From Lama guanicoe (taxonomy: Eukaryota): a stretch of DNA of 63,814 bases. The stretch covers positions 1,863,775 to 1,927,588 of the forward strand of contig MU053994.1 in the NCBI GenBank assembly GCA_013239625.1, read 5' to 3'. The position numbers and the translations under genes were made by a program. This document shows, piece after piece, positions 1-12,274 of the stretch; the stretch's first letter is position 1; each line of letters opens with the position of its first letter. Below the pieces are notes generated by a model. That model saw nothing but the letters and a program-made list of their open reading frames with translations. It was not told the origin of the DNA and made no database searches.

Positions 1-1432
1 TCTCGGACAATGCCTGACTTCCACCTCATTTCTTCCCTGTGGATTCAGACATAGTCTAATTTGACCAAAGCCGAACAATAGCTTCCTGGGTGAGCTGTTG
101 TTACCATCCGCTGATGCTCTGGAAACCGGAGACCCACTGAAAATCCACATGAAGATACTGCCCCCAAATGATCCCAGCTTCATAGGAAATAGCGGTGTCC
201 CTCTCGCGAGACCCAAGACTACAAAAGGGCCATTCTCTTGGTAACTTGGAACCGGAGCACACTTCCTAGGGAGGCCTGCAGCTGGGGCGTCAGATGCCCC
301 CACCATCCCACAGGGAATGAGTGAGCACCTCCTGGGAGCCAGGCATCTGCGGGGGACTGGGCTGTCAAGGTCGTGCTTTCACAGCACTCACAAGGTTAGG
401 ATGATGACAGACAGTATCACCTCATGTGGTGGGCGCTTTGACACTCCTCCCTGGTCCCCCTTTGAGGGTCTGCTCCGACCCCTTCTAGGCAGGATCTGGC
501 TCAGGGGCTGAGAGTCTCTGGGCCGAGGCAACACCATCCCCAGGCAGCCCACACCCACTGACTGATGGCTGCAGGGTATCCCCTGGGGACCACCCTGACA
601 GGCCCTAGAGCTCCAGAGCGCCCTCTGGGCTTGGCCAAGGCTGTGCTTGGTCCAGACCGCAGCTCAGCTCCTCCATCTGGCCACGCCCACTCCCGCTTCC
701 TTCCTCTCCCTTCCTTGGGAGTGGATCCCAAGGGCCTTCTTTAATAAACACCCTGCATGCTAAACTCCATCTCAGAGTCAGTTTCTCAGAGAACCGCACC
801 CTCATTGCCCTCAACGCCTAGGAGATGAGGAGACAGGGAGATAGCAAAGCAGCCCGTAGCTCTCCCTAGGCCTGTGCTGAGAGAGTAGGGCCACAAGGCT
901 GGGCCTGGGGAGGACCCTGCCCCTTCCACCACAGCTGCCAGTGTAAATGGAAGCCGCCCGCCAGGAAGGCAGGCCTCTGCTCCCCTGCTTCTCCTTGGAG
1001 ACAAGTAGCGGGAATTGCACCTGCTGGGTGGGAGCCTGGGGGAGCCTGACTGAGGAAACTGCAGGAGAGGCAGGGATCAGGGTGGAACCAAGACCCACAG
1101 GGCAGAGCAGGGAGAGGTGGCACAGTGCAGGGAGGGGACACCAGCCTGGCCATCAGGAGACACGAGTCTCCTCCCATCCATGCTAGGCTGGGTGACACCG
1201 AACAGATCTCTCCTCTCTCCAGGCCTGACCCCTCACCTGTCAGATAAAGGAGTGTACACCTGTGATTCGGGTGGCCTTTGAGGGCTTCTGGCTCTGAAAT
1301 TCCAGCCTCATGCGAGGCTACGTTTATGACCCCGGGCCTCATGCATGCAGCCCAGAGAACTGAGAAAACAGAGCAGAATTTACCATGGCAGGTGGCCCCT
1401 CTCCTTTGCACACAGAAGAGAGGAAGTCTGGT

Positions 1433-1832
1433 TGTTAACAGTGGAATTATCCCTCTGTAAAAAAAAAAAAAAATACATTGAAGTCCTGCCGCCTCCCAAG
1501 GACTTCAGAATGTGACGGCATTTGAGATAGGGCCCTTACTGAGGTGATTCAGGTAAAATGAGGTCACATGGGTGGGCCCCAGTCCAATCTGACTGGAGTC
1601 CTTATTGGATGAGGAGATTAGGACACAGATACACACAGAGGGAAAACCATGTGAAGACACAGGGGGGAGACGGCTGTCTGCAAGCCACGGACAGAGGACT
1701 CGGAAGAAACCAACCCTGCTGGGACTTTGATCTCAGACTTCCAGCCTCCAGAACCAGGAGGCAGCACATTTCTGTGGTCTAAGCCACCCAGTCTGTGGCC
1801 CTTGTTACGCCAGCCTGAGCGAACTCATAACA
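1433..1832 (+). mobile_element. ERVL-MaLR solo LTR, MLT1B/MLT1A-like
   Basis: TG...CA ends; diagnostic MLT1 blocks 'cagaatgtgac..tttgagatagggcc', 'gaagaaaccaaccctgctgggactttgatctcagacttccagcctccagaac', 'aagccacccagtctgtgg'. Confidence 0.9.
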
Positions 1833-3719
1833 CTGGTCGATTAAATGTATAGGAAGTTCCAAACCTAGCCCTGGAAGGCTTTGCTCCACATGGGGAGGCC
1901 CAGGCGCTGTTGAGGGGTTCCTGGCTGATCATCTGTGGCTGGTGCGCTTGGGCTCCGGGCCGGGCAAGCCTCCTGCTCACCACTCAGCCGGCTCTGGGAG
2001 GGCTGCACGCGAAAGGAAGGCACGTGCTGGCTGCAAAGCCAAGAGCTGTTGGCTGGGGCCTTGACAGTGTGGCTGGCAACCCCGCCCCGTGTATAGTCAA
2101 GGCCTAGGTGTTCCACACCAGGAAGGGGAGGAGAGAGGATGTTCTGACCAGCTGCCAGCCCCCGCCACTCTCTGCATCTGTTTCCTTACCTCTGAGGAAA
2201 GGTTTCCCTGTTCCCATGTGCGTGTGGCTCGTCACTCACTGTGGAATAGAATCAGAGATAGAAAAAGGCCGCCTCACAGCCTGCAAGCTCAGGAGAGCCC
2301 ACAACCCTACCATGGCCTGCTTTACCCACTCCAGGCACCTCAGGGTGTCTCAGGGCAGAGGCCCAGGCCTGCTCCCAGTGACCCAAGAGCCAACTCTGCT
2401 TCGGAAAGGCCCTCCTCTAAACATTTTCTCTCCAGGTTTGACTGGAGACGGGCACAGCCGTGCAAGGGGCTTGGAGAGTGGACCAGGTCGGCCAAGACCT
2501 GCCTGACGACTGTCTTTGTGAGGAAAACCCAGGCAGCAAGGGGACAGGCCCACCCTCCCCTTCCTGGGTTCGAGCCAGGGCACCCACTGTGGCTGGGGAG
2601 TTCTGGACCCAGGCAGACCCCAGAAAACAGCCCGCAGCTCCAATCAGCCGCCGTGTGTTTATTTTCACAGCTGCTCCTCCCGCTCGGCTGTTCCAGTGAG
2701 CAAAGGAATCTGTTTGTCTGCGAAAAAGAATGTGGCAGAGAGACGGGAGGCGGCCCCGGGCAGCCCAGGCAGCCTGAGCAGCGACAGAGCTCGCCAAAAC
2801 CAGCCAGACACCCAGGAGAGTCACCCAAAGGCCTAGAGGCCAAGGCCACAGACTCGGAGACACCCTCCACCTCCGGGGCCCAGGGCTTTGCCCAGAATCC
2901 TCAGGGCAGGTGCCAGGCTGGCGGCCTCCGTGCACGGAACAGGGACCCACCCTCCTGCGGTATTTTATTTGCTTCTTTCTCATTTACAGACAAAGCCCCA
3001 CCCCTACCACACACACACACACCCCACTCTGACAAGGTCAGTCAGCTGTGTGTACAAGGGACAAACACGTAGGACTGAAAGCGAACACGTTAACAGCCAG
3101 GCCTGCAGTGGGCCTGGAGATGAAGAAAGAGAGGGGGTGAGGGGCACCCCAGCCCCAAAGCCAGCTTAGTCTCAGCCCAGCCAAGGGAGGCCACCTGCCA
3201 CACTGGAGGTCCAGCTGCAGCCTCCAGACCTGTCAGCCTTGCTCTGGAGCATTCTGGGCAGGCCAGGGGGAGTCCAAGAAAGGCCAGCCCAATGTCACTC
3301 TTGTTTGGGTAGTTTTGGCCACAGGGACACCTGGGACCCCAAAACAGGGGCTCTGTCCCTCCAGGCACTCTTCATACCCATTCCCACTCGTACCCTTCAC
3401 CAGCCCCTCAGGCTGACCAAGAAGTCCTGAGGGTGGAAGGGAGACACAGCTTTCAGCTAAATTTTCTGGATTACAGCCCCTAAGTGGTCAGATTTAGGTT
3501 GGAAAATTCCCCACTGTCGTGATCTGGCTTAAGTTGAACCTCTCAGAGGCATGGGAGTAGAATATATAATAATTAATCCTCCCTCCAAATCTTCCCTGGT
3601 CAGGTAAATTGTCCAGATGCAGCTGATCTCCTCCCCAGGTCAGCCTCCTCACCCTTGAAAGGCTCTGGGAGATTGAGGGACTTGCCCAAGGACACAGAGC
3701 AAGAGCGACCAAGGGGAGG

Positions 3720-4107
3720 TGCCTTAGGCTGGGCTCTTCCAGAAGCAATGCCTGAGACAAGGATTTGGAGCCAAGTGGTTGATTAGGGAGTGAGGAAGTG
3801 AGGCGGAGAAGGGAAGCAGGCAGTAAGGGAGGTGCTGTCAAGCCAGTCCCCAGAGTGAGACACTGGGGGTCAGTCCGCTGGGCTTCTCTGAGCCACCCTG
3901 TATAAGACGCGTATAAGACCCCCACGTTACCCCACCTGGGGAGTGGAAAGCTGGAGCATCCTCTAGTTCCGATGCTTCACTGCCTCATTGACTAAGAGAT
4001 GCTCCCAGAGGCATTGCCCTCAGGTGGGGGTCTCGTGCCCTTAGGGAATGTTCCAGACTGGTGAATGCCAACGAAATTTGGGCCAGGCACCAGGAGCATC
4101 TGCTACA
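3720..4107 (-). mobile_element. ERVL solo LTR, LTR33-like
   Basis: Reverse complement begins 'tgtagcagatgctcctggtgcc'; other end 'ccagaagcaatgcctgagacaaggatttggagccaagtgg' matches recalled LTR33 3' end. Confidence 0.75.
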
Positions 4108-4287
4108 GAAGTTGACCACAGTTCTGTGTGAATCCAGGGTCTTAATGGGTTCCCTGCACCGGCTGCCCCTCCTGGCACCTAAAGACTAGAATTTTCAAGG
4201 TCCTCCAGCTGGTTTGTGATGAAGCCAGCCTACCGGGAATTGAGGTGGTGGGGATGGGGGCAGGACGGGGTAGAAACAGTCACCCCA

Positions 4288-4341
4288 TGCACACGTGTAC
4301 ACACACACGCACACACAAACTCACGTGCACACATACGTACC
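4288..4341. repeat. imperfect (CA)n purine-pyrimidine microsatellite
   Basis: atgcacacgtgtacacacacacgcacacacaaactcacgtgcacacatacgtac. Confidence 0.8.
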
Positions 4342-4669
4342 AGGGTATACCACTAGAATGGTGTTGGTCTTCTGTGCTAGCTTCAGAACGGGGGCACCCT
4401 TGAGAATCTCTGATGCCACACAGAGTAGATAAGTGGGGACCCTCTCAGAAGGGTCCCACACTTTGGGAGTGGAATTCCCAAAGTGGATCCAATTCCCAAA
4501 TTATCACTGAGTGACCTTGGGCCCGAGACTGGTTGCTGGATGCTTCAGTGGCTGTAAAATAAGGATGCTAATGCCTGCCTCGATCCCCAAAGGCTTGATC
4601 TAAGAGTTAGGAGCAACATGGTGGTCTTCCTCCCACGGTGCCTGCTCCAGGGAAGGGGTAGTTGGTCAT

Positions 4670-5400
4670 ATGTTTTCCTCATTGAGGAAAAATTCACATA
4701 ACATAAAAATTCACCATTGCAAAGTGTGCAATTCAGTGGCATTAAGTATATTTACAATGATGTGCAACCATCACCACGATCTAATTCTAGAATATTTTAT
4801 TACCCCAAAAGAAATTCTGTACCCATTCAGCAGCCCCCCTACCCCGTTCTCCACCCTGGCAACCACTGATCTACTTTCTGTCTCTGTAGACTTGCCCATT
4901 CTAGATATTTCGTAGAAATGAAATCGTATAGTATGTAGCCTTTGGTGTCTGTTTTTTTTTTTTTTTCACTCAGCACAGGGTCTTCGAGGTTCATCCTTTT
5001 TATGGTGGAAAGCGATCTTACCACGGGGGCAAAGCACATTTTGTTTATCCATTCACCAGCTGATGGACGTTTTGGTTGCTTCCGCTTTTTGACTATTACA
5101 CATAGTGCTGCTGTGAACATTTGTGTACACTTTTTTGTGTGGATGTACAGTTTCAACCCCTTACGTGTACGCCTAAGAGTGAAATTGCTAGTCACCTGGT
5201 AAGTCTGTGTTATCTTTTTAAGGAACTGCCAAACTCTCTTCCACGTTGGCTGCACCATTTACATTCCCATCAGCAGTACCGGAGCGTTCCAGCTCCCCCG
5301 CATCCTCGCCACCGCTTGCTACTTTTCTTTTTAAAAAAAAAAAACAAAAAACCTGTAGCCATCCAATGGATGTGAAGTGGTATCTCACTGTGGTTTCTCT
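4670..5400 (-). mobile_element. LINE-1 3' fragment (L1MB-like; ORF2 C-terminus remnant plus 3'UTR)
   Basis: Typical antisense L1MB text ('tgtgcaaccatcaccac', 'ctggcaaccactgatctactttctgtctctgtagacttgcc'). Minus ORF 4839..5258 retains L1 ORF2 C-terminal remnants (VQPTWKRVWQFLKK...CTQMFTAAL...PKRPS..EWINKM). Confidence 0.9.
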
Positions 5401-5789
5401 TGTGTTTATTGGCCCCTATATTTTTTTTTGAGATTCCCAGCAGTAATTACCTTGGGATTAAACCAATATACAAGAGTGGGCTGAGGCCATTAGGACTGGT
5501 GACTCCAGAATGCCCTGGGCCTCTGTCCCTTGGTCCAGACATCAGAGCCACGAGATGATTTCCAGGGCCTGGAATATGGGGACAGTGTGGTGACAGGAGC
5601 AGCGGCCTCCACCGGTGGCCCAGAGACAGAAGAGGAGGGACCTATATCAGCTAATGTATCTACTTTTTTCCTTCTTTTGAATAAATGTGCAGGATCAAGA
5701 TGGCCTGTACAAAAGGGACAGAAGTTATTGTCACCACCCCTCTTTAAACCACCCCAAGCTACACATAGTGGTTTTCCCACTCTGACCTC

Positions 5790-6150
5790 TTAAGCATTGG
5801 TTATCATTACAGCATTTTAAATACTTTTGGTAACTGGACATAAAATTGTTTTATCTTGTCAGATTACATTCACATAATATATTGATTAAACGTATATATT
5901 ATATTTTCCCTTTTTTAGTATTCTTTGCTCATTTATTAATATTTTCTCATCACTTCAGATGAGCTGTTTCATAAAAAATAATCATACCAACCATAGTATT
6001 TGTCCTCAGTCTGCTTTCTCTTCATAATCTGATTGGAATGTGGTTTGAGTTTTTTATCTTTGTGTGAAGCATCTTTGATTATCTGTGCAGTTAACTTTTA
6101 CTTTCTTTTTTCTGATTCCTTCCATCACATCCAAACTTAAAAAGTCCTTC
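5790..6150 (-). mobile_element. old, diverged L1 fragment
   Basis: T-rich segment with antisense L1M-like motifs ('ttctttgctcattt', 'cttaaaaagtccttccc'). Confidence 0.45.
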
Positions 6151-6296
6151 CCCGGGGGCAGAACATGGTTTCAAGATGAGATTCTTCAGAGGAAAATGTT
6201 CCAGCACCTAAGAAATTGCAAAATCCCTCTGCCAGGTCAGATGACATTGGTTTCTTTCTGTCCCCAAGGTCCTTCCAAGGGAGGGGGGATTGTTTA

Positions 6297-6457
6297 GCTT
6301 CACAGTGAAGAGCTTGGGGTCTGGAGCCAGACTGCTGGGTTTGAATCCCACCTCTGTCAAGTAGGCAGGGTACTTAATCCTCTGTGCCTCAACTTCCTCA
6401 TCTCTAAAATGGGGATCATAATGGTACCCCATTCACAGGGTTGTTGAGAGAATTACA
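6297..6457 (+). mobile_element. MIR SINE
   Basis: 'ggtctggagccagactgctgggtttgaatccc...ttaatcctctgtgcctcaacttcctcatctctaaaatgggg' MIR core. Confidence 0.9.
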
Positions 6458-7169
6458 CGGTACCCTTAGTATATCTGAGTTTATCTAAGTAAAGCTTTTG
6501 GATCTGGCCAGGGCTTCAGATCTCCCGTGGCAACTACAGTGAAAGGATGAGACGGGTCTTCCTTCTGGTCCTGCCCAAAGAGATGGTCACCGACAGGTCC
6601 CAGCCTGGTTCTGCGGGGCAGACAGCCCGCTGGGCTCCCGGGGCTCCTCTGCCAGCTTTTCTTTCTCCTGCCTTCTGTTTGGTTTGATCTGAGGCTGACA
6701 GACCACCTGGCCCACTAAACTGGGCCAGTCAGCTCATCCCATCTGCTGGCTTACCTGCCCTGAGCCTGTCATTTGCAAAACAGCCCAGTTTGTGTGGCCA
6801 CTTGGGCTCCACTGCCAAAGCCGCCGCCTTATCCTCTCCGTCCCCACAAGGCGGCTCAGACCCAGGAAATGTAATCGACCTGGAATTAGAAACTTTGTGA
6901 ACCAGAGGCCCAAGAGAAAGATCTGAGAGGGGCTCCAATGCCTGTGACTTTCAAGTGGGGAAGTCAAGACCCCAGAGAGCGAGTCAGTGGGGAGCGGTGA
7001 CATGGCCTCAGCCAGGCCAGCCCTGGGACTGAGCCCCAGAGTATCCTAGCTGTGGAAAACAATGATCCCCATGTTCCTCCATCTGGGGTGGAGTTCAAGT
7101 CCCAGAGCTTAAAATGAAATCTCCCCTGACCCTCCCCCACCCCACCCCCCAAATCCCACAACAAAGTGC

Positions 7170-7335
7170 CTAATAGTAACAATAGCTGGCGCAGCCTTGC
7201 CTGGGCTTTGCCTGGGCTTTGCAAACGGTTCTCACATGCACTGAGTCATCCTCTTGTGAGGCGCGAAAAGCGAGCATTCTTGCTCCCATTTTACAGAGGA
7301 ATCAACTGAGGCCTGAAAGGTGAACATGTAGGTCC
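7170..7335 (-). mobile_element. MIR SINE
   Basis: 'cccattttacagaggaatcaactgaggcc' antisense MIR core. Confidence 0.75.
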
Positions 7336-7361
7336 AGGTGTGATGGAGTTGGCTCTCATTC

Positions 7362-7705
7362 CAAGGGTTCTCCATCTTTAGTGCATCAGAATTTCCTGGA
7401 GAGCCTCAGGGGCTGGCCCCATCCCCAGAGTTTCTGATTTAGTGGGTCTCGCCTGGGGCCAAGAATTAGCTGTTTCTTTTTTCTTTTCCTCCCCCATCCT
7501 TATGGAGGTATAACTGACAAGTTTTAAAAGTGTACATATTTCAGGTGTCACACTTGATGTTTTGATGTACGTAGACTTTGTGAAATATCACCACAATCAT
7601 CATAAGGAAATGAAATCAGTATCCCGGAAGGGAATTCACTTTGCTAACAAGCTTCCAGCTGTTGGTGATCCTTCAGGGCTGGGGTCCACACTTGGAGAAC
7701 CACTG
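7362..7705. mobile_element. MER5A hAT-Charlie element, split by an L1 3' fragment
   Basis: Ends 'caagggttctc' and 'gagaaccactg'; internal 'gcatcagaat', 'ccccagagtttctgatt'; halves separated by about 7471-7630. Confidence 0.8.
7471..7600 (-). mobile_element. L1 extreme 3' end (L1MA-like) inserted in MER5A
   Basis: T-rich tail, then 'gaggtataactgacaa...tgtacatatttcaggtgt...tgatgttttgatgtacgtagactttgtgaaatatcaccacaatca'. Confidence 0.8.
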
Positions 7706-7971
7706 GCCTAAAACCTTCACACTTCCGGTATACACCCCCCCCCATTGCGTTAATAAGGAAACGCGTCCAGCAGCTACGGATGGACAGATCTGGGTGTTTT
7801 CCAAAGGATCTGTTAATGGCAGCATATCTGAAGCCCAAGACAGGGGCAGCACCTCCAGCTGCGGGGTATTTCACACATCAAGGGAAGGAGCTTGGATGAG
7901 AGAGGCTGGGGTGTCCCGGGTTTGGGGCTTGAGCACAGAGGGTTAATTCTGGGTTCCTTCTGGGGAATCCA

Positions 7972-8206
7972 NNNNNNNNNNNNNNNNNNNNNNNNNNNNN
8001 NNNNNNNNNNNNNNNNNNNNNNNNNNNNNNNNNNNNNNNNNNNNNNNNNNNNNNNNNNNNNNNNNNNNNNNNNNNNNNNNNNNNNNNNNNNNNNNNNNNN
8101 NNNNNNNNNNNNNNNNNNNNNNNNNNNNNNNNNNNNNNNNNNNNNNNNNNNNNNNNNNNNNNNNNNNNNNNNNNNNNNNNNNNNNNNNNNNNNNNNNNNN
8201 NNNNNN
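7972..8206. other. assembly gap (N)
   Basis: Run of N. Confidence 1.
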
Positions 8207-8694
8207 TCGATGCCCTGACTGTGAAATGACTGAATGCCTGGTGAGGAGCTGTGTAGGGATGCCCCCCTCCTTCCCTCGCTCCGCACCGACCTTTAAGATG
8301 CTCACCGGTTCAGAAGTTCCTTGAGGGCAGGGACCATATTTTAATCATGGGTAATCATATCATGTCAGGCCAGAAATGGGCCTTAGAGAGCTTCCAGCCC
8401 TGGAATGGCAAATCGGTTTCATTTTGGTGCCAGCTCCGATCGTTTAGCGGTGGCTGCCTGAAGCAGTGGGCTGAGAAGCAGTCTGCCCATCTCTGGGCTC
8501 TGTGGGGAGCCGAGCCACGATCAATTAGTGATGCTTACCACGGGCAGGGGGGTGGGGAGGCAGCACTTTGCACCAATTAGCCAACCCCAGATCTAGTCCT
8601 ACCTGCCCTGCTGACAGATGAGACAAGAACGGCTCCACAGCCCTGTCTGTGTCCCCAGCGCACTCCCGTCCCCCAGCAGCCACCCTCTACCAGG

Positions 8695-9161
8695 CAAAGG
8701 GGTCTGTGCGTAACATTCAAGGGTCCAGGAACTCGCATGGGAAAAAAAAAATTCCATCTTCAGTTTTACTAACCTCTGAAATCAAGCACTTCCTTCCATT
8801 TATGAACGTAGGCAACAAACCATAGTCGCGTCAGCAGTCCCTGTGACTGTCACCAGTAGAAACCACAGCTATCTTTACAGCACATCAGAGTTGTTGCCGA
8901 TATCTCTAACGATTGCTCACACTCCTCACTAGGCTGAAATGAGAACAGTTATTAGATCTGCCACTAAATCTTGCTGTGGAATGCATTACTAAAGAAGCAC
9001 ATATATTACTCCCTCACAAAGTTGTTTTTAAATATTTGGATAATTGCATTTCAGTAGAATTGGTTTCCTCTGTAATCCTATTTTATGCATTTAAATGTGT
9101 TATTCTGAGAAGGAGCCCATCGGCTTCACCAGATGGTCCACCAAAGGTTAAAACCCCCCTG
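8695..9161 (+). mobile_element. hAT-Charlie DNA transposon fossil (subfamily not assigned)
   Basis: Ends '...aaaggttaaaacccccctg'; internal 'gtaggcaacaaacca', 'tgtcaccagtagaaaccacag', 'ttttatgcatttaaa..ttattctgagaagg'. Homologous in reverse orientation to 36935-37365. Confidence 0.8.
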
Positions 9162-10284
9162 CCACGGTTTGCTGCTGGCAAGTCCCGTGTGCCAGGGCAC
9201 CTCCCAGCCTCAGCTCCAGTCAGAGGAGTGGACGTGGGCGACACGGACTGTCTTTGGTACCTTGTAGGCTTTGCTGTGACTTGGCGGCAACTGGCAGCTG
9301 AGATAGTGCGAATTGGCCGCTCTCCACTCTGGGGAGACAGCTGACCTCGGGGGCTCCCTGGGCTCAGATGCCCAGACGGTGACAGCTCTGGCCCTGGGCC
9401 AGGCCTCCCTGGTTTGGCCTTCCACAGCGATGGCCAGTCTGGGTCACAGACACGGCAGCTCAGTGTTTGGCTCCAGCCTTCTTTCTCCTATAGCAACCCG
9501 CCCCCCCCCTCCCCGGCTTCTGCCTTTCTGTCCCCCAGGAGCTGAAAGGCAGGCTTTCTGGATCTCTTACTGCTGCGTCGGCTGGCCTGTTTCTCAGCCT
9601 CAGGGCGGGGAGAGAGACAGCCTGGAGATTTCGATCACGGAACACACGCTACATCACTGGTCTGTGCTCATCTTGCTGTTTTCCTTTCATTTTCAAAATG
9701 CATCTATTCTCCGTCCTTCAGGCATGCAGATGCTGAATGCTCAGCTATTAGTCCCAGAAGACACCTCAAAAAATTGTCTGTTCCACACATCCCGCCCCCG
9801 CCCCCCCCCAACCCTTCACTTTACAAACCAGGACACAAGCTGGGAAAGGCAGCGTGACCTGCCCTTGTGACACAGACCTGGAACCACCCGGCCAGTCCTT
9901 TCCCCAACACCGCACAGCCTCATAAATAATGTAAGATTTTGGCATCTTAACCATCTGTCTCAGGTCAGGGAAGCAAATTGCAAATTCATCTCTATTCAAA
10001 ATCACCATTTGATGAAGTGGGGGGAATTGGGGCTACTGCCCACTCCCAGGGGGGCTCTGTTCCAGTGGAGCCTCTGTCACTGGCACAAACGAAGGTTCTG
10101 TGCAGAATTCTTGTTTGTTTTTATTTTCAAAGACCCCTTGAGGAATTCTAGAAGTGTAGGATAAGGAGTGGATCCCCCCTCACTTTCCATTAGCATCACA
10201 GACAGTGCTTTCCAAATGCTCCTTTGCCCCAGGAATCTTCCCCACTGCCTTTCAGGTCAGCTGCCACACCTGAGCTATAAGATT

Positions 10285-10690
10285 CTTCAGTTAGTAGAGA
10301 CAGGCAAGGAGCTGTAACAAACATCCCCCAAATCTCCACGGCTCAACGGGACATGTAAAAGGCTTATTTCTTGCTCACATCACATTCCAAACAGGCATTT
10401 CAGGGGCGGCCTTCCACATGGTGATTCAGGCGCCCTCCACCTTGTGGAAATTAGCGCTACCAACTTCAATGTGTGGCTTCCAAGGTCAAAGTAGAACAGG
10501 AAGAGAAAATGGGGGCTCCTGGATGAGAGATTTTGATGGTTCTGGCACACTACTTCTACCTACTTTCCACAGGCTGGAACTCAGTCACATGGCCCCAACT
10601 TAACTTCAAGGAAGACCAGGAAATGTAGTCTAGCTGTGGGCTTCGGAAGACGAGAAAATGGATCTGCTGGGAACAGACTGTTGGCATGGC
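10285..10690 (-). mobile_element. MLT1 (K/L-like) solo LTR
   Basis: 'gctgtaacaaacatcccccaaatctc', 'ggctggaactcagtcacatggcccca', 'ggaaatgtagtctagctgtg'. Confidence 0.8.
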
Positions 10691-10924
10691 CATGGCCATT
10701 AATGCTAAACCCTTGTATTAGTAAAGGTTCTTTTGCTTGCATGTAATACTAGCTTAAGCGGGGTGGGAAAATCGGATGGAGATGACCAAAAGGATGCTGG
10801 ATACCCCACAGAATCCAAAGGGAAGTGGATCAAGGAGACTAGGGAGGGGCTGGACAAGGGAGTAGAGGTCATCAGTAGCTTCCCATTCTAGGGGACCCCC
10901 CTGGGTTTTGACTCTTTTTCTTTG

Positions 10925-11035
10925 CTTCATCTATTCATTCAACAAATATTATTGAGCATCTACTAGATGCCAGACCTGGCTTTATTGCAATGAAGCAAGC
11001 AGACCACATCCCAGCTCCCATGGAGCTAACATTAT
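10925..11035 (-). mobile_element. L2 3' end
   Basis: 'ttcattcaacaaatattattgagcatctactagatgccag...catggagctaacatt'. Confidence 0.8.
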
Positions 11036-11322
11036 GTTCAATTCTCTCTGCACACTGTTTTCTCTCTTCTTTGTGCCCATGTTTCCGAGGACCACTGTGG
11101 TCCTTGTATGGGATGTAGCGGTGCTGGCACCACCAGCTCTCCTCTTGTACGACTATGGAGGGGCCATGTTGGCCTGTGGCTCTTTCAGTTGCTCTTTCTG
11201 TCCTTTCCCCCTGCTAATGGCCCCCACTTCTTAACTACAAGATATTTGGACAACTGATTCGTGCCATCACTTGTGAAGGAGGGACTATTAGATAGGGGAC
11301 TCCTACTTATCATGCAGACCCG

Positions 11323-11700
11323 GTGTCTTCATTTGGGTTCCCCCAAAAGCCGACCTGGAGACAAAGATTTGGATGTCAGTGGTTCATTTGGAAGGTGAGC
11401 CCAGGAATCATTAGCAGGGAAATGAGGAAGCAAGATGGAGAGAGGAGGAAAGGCAATACAAAGGGAGTTTATGAGCTGGTTCCCACTGTAAGCAAGCAGG
11501 ACTCAAAACCTCTGGGGACCCTATGGGACACGCTTCTTAATTGGCCCACCAGGAGGCAAGGACGCTAAGTATCCATCCATCAACTCCTTATTGGTCAATG
11601 GTTGAGGGGATTAACCCCCACTGCAGGCAGCCAGCCCTCAAGAGGAAAGACTTGGGAAGCAATGAGCGGGGCACTAGCAGTTACTGCTCCACCAGGTACC
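11323..11700 (-). mobile_element. LTR33-like ERVL LTR
   Basis: 'tgtcttcatttgggttcccccaaaagccgacctggagacaaagatttgg'; homologous to 3720-4107 and 43215-43500. Confidence 0.75.
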
Positions 11701-11909
11701 AAAGCTCAGAGCCAAGCTTCTCAAAGTATGGTCCAGGAATCTCCACTTAGGAATCACCAGTGTGACTGACTCATCATGCCTTCCCCCAGCCCTGCAGACC
11801 TTCAGCTTCTGAGTAGCTAAGGAGGGGCTGGAATGGACACCTTTTGCACACTCTCTAGAGAAGTGATACCCACCAAAGGTTGTGACCTATTCCTCAAGAA
11901 AAGCATCCC

Positions 11910-12250
11910 AATCTAAAATAAAATGATACAAATGAACTTATTTACAAAACAGAAACAGACCCACAGACATAGAAAACAAGCTTATGGTTACCAGTGGGAA
12001 GGGGGAGGAGGGATAAATTAGGAGTTTGGGATTAACAGATACACACTACTGTATATAAAATAGGTAAACAAGGACCTACTGTAGAGCAGAGGGAACTATA
12101 TTCAATATCTTGTAATAACCTATCATGGAAAAGAATATGAAAAAGTATATATATATAGATAAATAATTGAATCACTTTGCTATACACCTGAAACTATACA
12201 TTGTCAATCAACTATACTTCAATTTAAAAATTAAATAGAATTTTTTCTAA
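11910..12250 (+). mobile_element. 5'-truncated cetartiodactyl-type L1 3' end with TSD
   Basis: 'gatacaaatgaacttatttacaaaacagaaacagac..cacagacatagaaaacaa', 'aaggacctactgtagagcagagggaactatattcaatatcttgtaataacctat'; perfect 11-bp TSD aaaagcatccc at 11899-11909 and 12251-12261. Confidence 0.92.
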
Positions 12251-12274
12251 AAAAGCATCCCCATTCCCACTATG

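Noticed and set aside
2089-3072. 327-aa + strand ORF with overlapping 176-aa and 188-aa minus ORFs
   Set aside because: Non-ATG start, P/S/R/G-rich composition typical of GC-rich non-coding DNA, runs through a (CA)n tract, open on both strands, no recognisable domain.
4839-5258. 139-aa minus ORF with protein-like motifs
   Set aside because: Degenerate L1 ORF2 C-terminus/3'UTR, not a host gene.
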